Shown here: one piece after another, positions 25,672 to 28,226 of the stretch
Layout of the letters: the number at the start of each line of letters is the position of its first letter
How positions within the stretch are numbered: the stretch's first letter is position 1
Assembly (NCBI GenBank): GCA_964591395.1
Contig: CAZQAV010000001.1
Span: 1-28,226, forward strand
Direction: 5' to 3'
DNA length: 28,226 bases
From: Candidatus Woesearchaeota archaeon
GTDB lineage: Archaea > Nanobdellota > Nanobdellia > Pacearchaeales > GW2011-AR1
Program-made: the position numbers and the translations under genes
Notes under the pieces: generated by a model
What the model was told of the DNA's origin: nothing
Databases searched by the model: none
What the model saw: only the letters and a program-made list of their open reading frames with translations

Positions 25672-26649
25672 ATGGCTGTTAAGAAAGAAAAGCAAGAAAA
25701 AAAAGAATATACTTTAACAGATTTACCAGGTATTGGGCCTGCTGTTTCTGCTAAATTAGAATCTGCAGGTATACTTGATTTAATGACTTTAGCTGTTATG
25801 ACTCCTTCTGCATTAGGTGATGCTGCAGGTGTAAGCCCTGCTGTTGCACGAAAAGCTATTCAAGCGTCTAGAGATATGTTGGATTTAGGTTTTGTAGATG
25901 GTTCAGAATATGCTAAAAGAAGGGAAAATGTTCATTATATAACAACAGGAAGTGAGAATTTTAATGAACTTCTGGGGGGAAGAGGAATAGAAAGTAGAGC
26001 TATAACAGAAGCTTTTGGAGCATATGGTTCAGGTAAAACACAAGTAGCATTAACATTAGCTGTTAATACACAATTACCTATTGAAAATGGGGGTGCAAAT
26101 GGAAAATGTGTTTTTATAGATACAGAGGGAACATTTAGACCTGCAAGAATAAAACAAATAGCAGAGCAGTTAGGAGCTAATCCTGAAAAAGTTCTGAAAA
26201 ATATATTTGTAGCAAGAGCTTTTAACTCTGATCATCAGATGTTATTATTAGAAAAAGTTAATGAAATGATTAAAGCAGGTGAACCTATAAAATTACTTGT
26301 TGTTGATTCATTGACAGCACATTTTAGAGCTGAATTTTCAGGGAGAGGGCAATTAGCAGATAGACAACAGAAATTAAATAGATATATGCATGATTTAATG
26401 AAAATGGCTGAGACAAATAATTTAGCTGTTTATGTAACAAATCAGGTTATGGCTAATCCTGCTCAAATGTTTGGAGATCCTACAACAGCTATAGGGGGAC
26501 ATATTGTAGGTCATGCTTCAACATATAGATTATATTTAAGGAGAGGAAAACAAGGTTCAAGAGTTGCTAAGTTAATTGATAGTCCTAATTTGCCAGATAA
26601 TGAAGCTATATATTTTGTAACAGATGCAGGTGTTGTTGATAAAGCTTGA
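25672..26649 (+). CDS. radA: DNA repair and recombination protein RadA
   Basis: N-terminal HhH (LTDLPGIGPA), Walker A GAYGSGKTQ, FIDTEGTFRP, Walker B LLVVDS, GGHIVGH. ATG 25672 lies 21 nt after TTATAAA; an alternative ATG is at 25657. Confidence 0.96.
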   Translation: MAVKKEKQEKKEYTLTDLPGIGPAVSAKLESAGILDLMTLAVMTPSALGDAAGVSPAVARKAIQASRDMLDLGFVDGSEYAKRRENVHYITTGSENFNELLGGRGIESRAITEAFGAYGSGKTQVALTLAVNTQLPIENGGANGKCVFIDTEGTFRPARIKQIAEQLGANPEKVLKNIFVARAFNSDHQMLLLEKVNEMIKAGEPIKLLVVDSLTAHFRAEFSGRGQLADRQQKLNRYMHDLMKMAETNNLAVYVTNQVMANPAQMFGDPTTAIGGHIVGHASTYRLYLRRGKQGSRVAKLIDSPNLPDNEAIYFVTDAGVVDKA

Positions 26650-26669
26650 AATAGGTGATTTCTAATAAG

Positions 26670-27218
26670 ATGATAATAAGAAAGGTTAATGAAGAAGATA
26701 TATCTGAAATAAAGAGAATTATAGATTCTCTTCAAGTTACAAGAAATCAAAGAAATTGGAAGCAAAAAACATCTGGTTTTTTTGAATATACTAAAACAGA
26801 ACAAGAATTGATTGAAGCTATTAATCCTTATTTTATATTGGCTGAAAATTTAAATGGAATAAGGGGATTTAATTTAGCATATGATTCTGATTTTTTTAAG
26901 AAGAAATTTAGAGAAACTAAATATAAAGAATGGAAATATATTTTAAATAATGTTAAAGGTAATTTTGTGTATTATGATTTATTGGGTGTTCTAAATCCAA
27001 GCACATTAAATTCTGGAAGAATTGCAAAATCTTTAATGGAAAATATAATTCAAGAAACAAAAATAAATGGAATTGAAAAAATAGCTGCTTTTATTTGCCA
27101 TGAACCACTTTTAAATATTAGATCAAAGGGTTTTTGTGAAAAGTATGGTTTCAAAAAATTAGGAAAAGTTAATATAGAAAATGAGGTAGTTCTTGGATAT
27201 TATGAATTAAAATTATAA
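26670..27218 (+). CDS. GNAT-like acetyltransferase fold protein
   Basis: Starts MIIRKVNEEDISEI; acetyl-CoA-loop-like SGRIAKSLMENII; ends N..S.GFCEKYGF. The track start GTG 26655 lies within an AGGTGA SD. Confidence 0.7.
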   Translation: MIIRKVNEEDISEIKRIIDSLQVTRNQRNWKQKTSGFFEYTKTEQELIEAINPYFILAENLNGIRGFNLAYDSDFFKKKFRETKYKEWKYILNNVKGNFVYYDLLGVLNPSTLNSGRIAKSLMENIIQETKINGIEKIAAFICHEPLLNIRSKGFCEKYGFKKLGKVNIENEVVLGYYELKL

Positions 27219-27231
27219 TAACCCAACCTGA

Positions 27232-27675
27232 TTAAATTAATTCTTTTTTATCAAACCATAAATCAATTTCTCTTTTAGCACTTTCAACAGAATCAGAAGC
27301 ATGGATCACATTTTCAAAACAATCTGTTTTACTGTGATGTCTTCCATATTTTCCTCTTATTGATTGGAATTCAGCTTCTTCAGGATGTGTTTTACCTGCA
27401 GTATCTCTTACCTTTTGAATTGCATTTTCACCTTCATATACAATAGCAATTACATTTTCATTATCATGCAATTCTCCTGTTATATGCCCAACAAGTTTTG
27501 GAAAAAAAGGTTTATCTTTATGTTCTTCATAATGTTGTTCTGCTAATTCTCTTTGAACATTAACAAGTTTTAAACCAATCATTTTTAGATTTATATTATA
27601 TAGTTCAGAAATAATATTCCCTGCTAAACGTTTTACCATTGCATCTGGCTTGATTAATACCAATGTTCTTTCCAT
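27232..27675 (-). CDS. ndk: Nucleoside diphosphate kinase
   Basis: ERTLVLIKPDA, HYEEHKDKPFF, SIRGKYG, NVIHASDS with the phospho-His. Confidence 0.96.
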   Translation of the reverse strand: MERTLVLIKPDAMVKRLAGNIISELYNINLKMIGLKLVNVQRELAEQHYEEHKDKPFFPKLVGHITGELHDNENVIAIVYEGENAIQKVRDTAGKTHPEEAEFQSIRGKYGRHHSKTDCFENVIHASDSVESAKREIDLWFDKKELI

Positions 27676-27760
27676 TACTTATCTTAGGATGTTTTTAGTT
27701 TATAAATTTGTCTGTGAAGGGGTACTAAATTTTTAAAAAGAGAATTTGATATTATTTAAG

Positions 27761-28226
27761 ATGAAAGTTATAGCTGATCTTCATATACATTCTAAATATG
27801 CACGTGCAACATCTAAAAATTTAAGTTTTGAGAATCTTGAGAAATATGCACGTATAAAAGGATTGGGTTTATTGGGCACAGGAGATTTTCAACATCTTGA
27901 GCATAGAAAAGAAATTGATGCAAAATTGAAAGAAGATGATAAAGGAATATTATGGACAGATACTGGTTTTCCTTTTATATGGCAGACAGAAATAAGTTTT
28001 ATGTATACACAGGGAGAAAAAGGAAGAGCTGTTCATCTTGTTATTTTTGCACCAAATGGAAAAGTTGCAACAAAGATAACAGAATATTTGTCAAGTAAAG
28101 GAAGAATTGATTATGATGGTAGACCTATTTTTGGAATTTCTTGTAAAGATTTTGTGAAAGATATGAAAGCCATCGACGATAAAATTGAAATTATTCCTGC
28201 CCATTGTATGACTTCATGGTTTGGTG
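27761..28226 (+). CDS. Endonuclease Q / PHP-domain family protein (TIGR00375-like), 5' partial in window (not in ORF track)
   Basis: MKVIADLHIHSKYARATSKNL..., KGLGLLGTGDF, QTEIS, RAVHLV, DGRP, IIPAHCMTSWFG; the frame is open to the window end. Confidence 0.88.
   Translation, partial: MKVIADLHIHSKYARATSKNLSFENLEKYARIKGLGLLGTGDFQHLEHRKEIDAKLKEDDKGILWTDTGFPFIWQTEISFMYTQGEKGRAVHLVIFAPNGKVATKITEYLSSKGRIDYDGRPIFGISCKDFVKDMKAIDDKIEIIPAHCMTSWFG

Noticed and set aside
1067-27546. Other short nested ORFs (1067, 6373, 8550, 16788, 17591, 23458, 23508, 23687, 26511, 27364)
   Set aside because: They overlap well-supported genes in another frame or strand and lack recognisable motifs.

Overview
AT-rich archaeal genomic window; gene content and style suggest a DPANN archaeon, probably Pacearchaeota/Woesearchaeota-like (inference). 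About 2-21 kb is a type IV pilus/Tad-like locus: a VirB11/TadA/FlaI-family ATPase, a long TadB/TadC(FlaJ)-like membrane platform, 10 small pilin-like genes (3 missing from the ORF track) and an A24 prepilin peptidase. Interleaved in it are a wHTH-MNT/HEPN toxin-antitoxin-like pair and three large secreted Cys-rich proteins that share promoter, signal peptide and N-terminal modules but carry different payloads: an S8 protease plus FG-GAP repeats, a 7-repeat disulfide beta-propeller broken by an in-frame TGA, and DUF4215-like repeats. A 55-bp copy of the platform gene 3' end plus promoter precedes two of them, pointing to cassette duplication and shuffling. The right third is mostly housekeeping (degenerate HIT protein, EF-1beta, RPA-like, RadA, GNAT-like, NDK, partial EndoQ-like PHP protein) with two more secreted Cys-rich proteins. 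An unannotated 39-aa very basic ORF is also present. No rRNA, tRNA, CRISPR array, transposase or integrase was recognised. All alignments and counts were done by hand.
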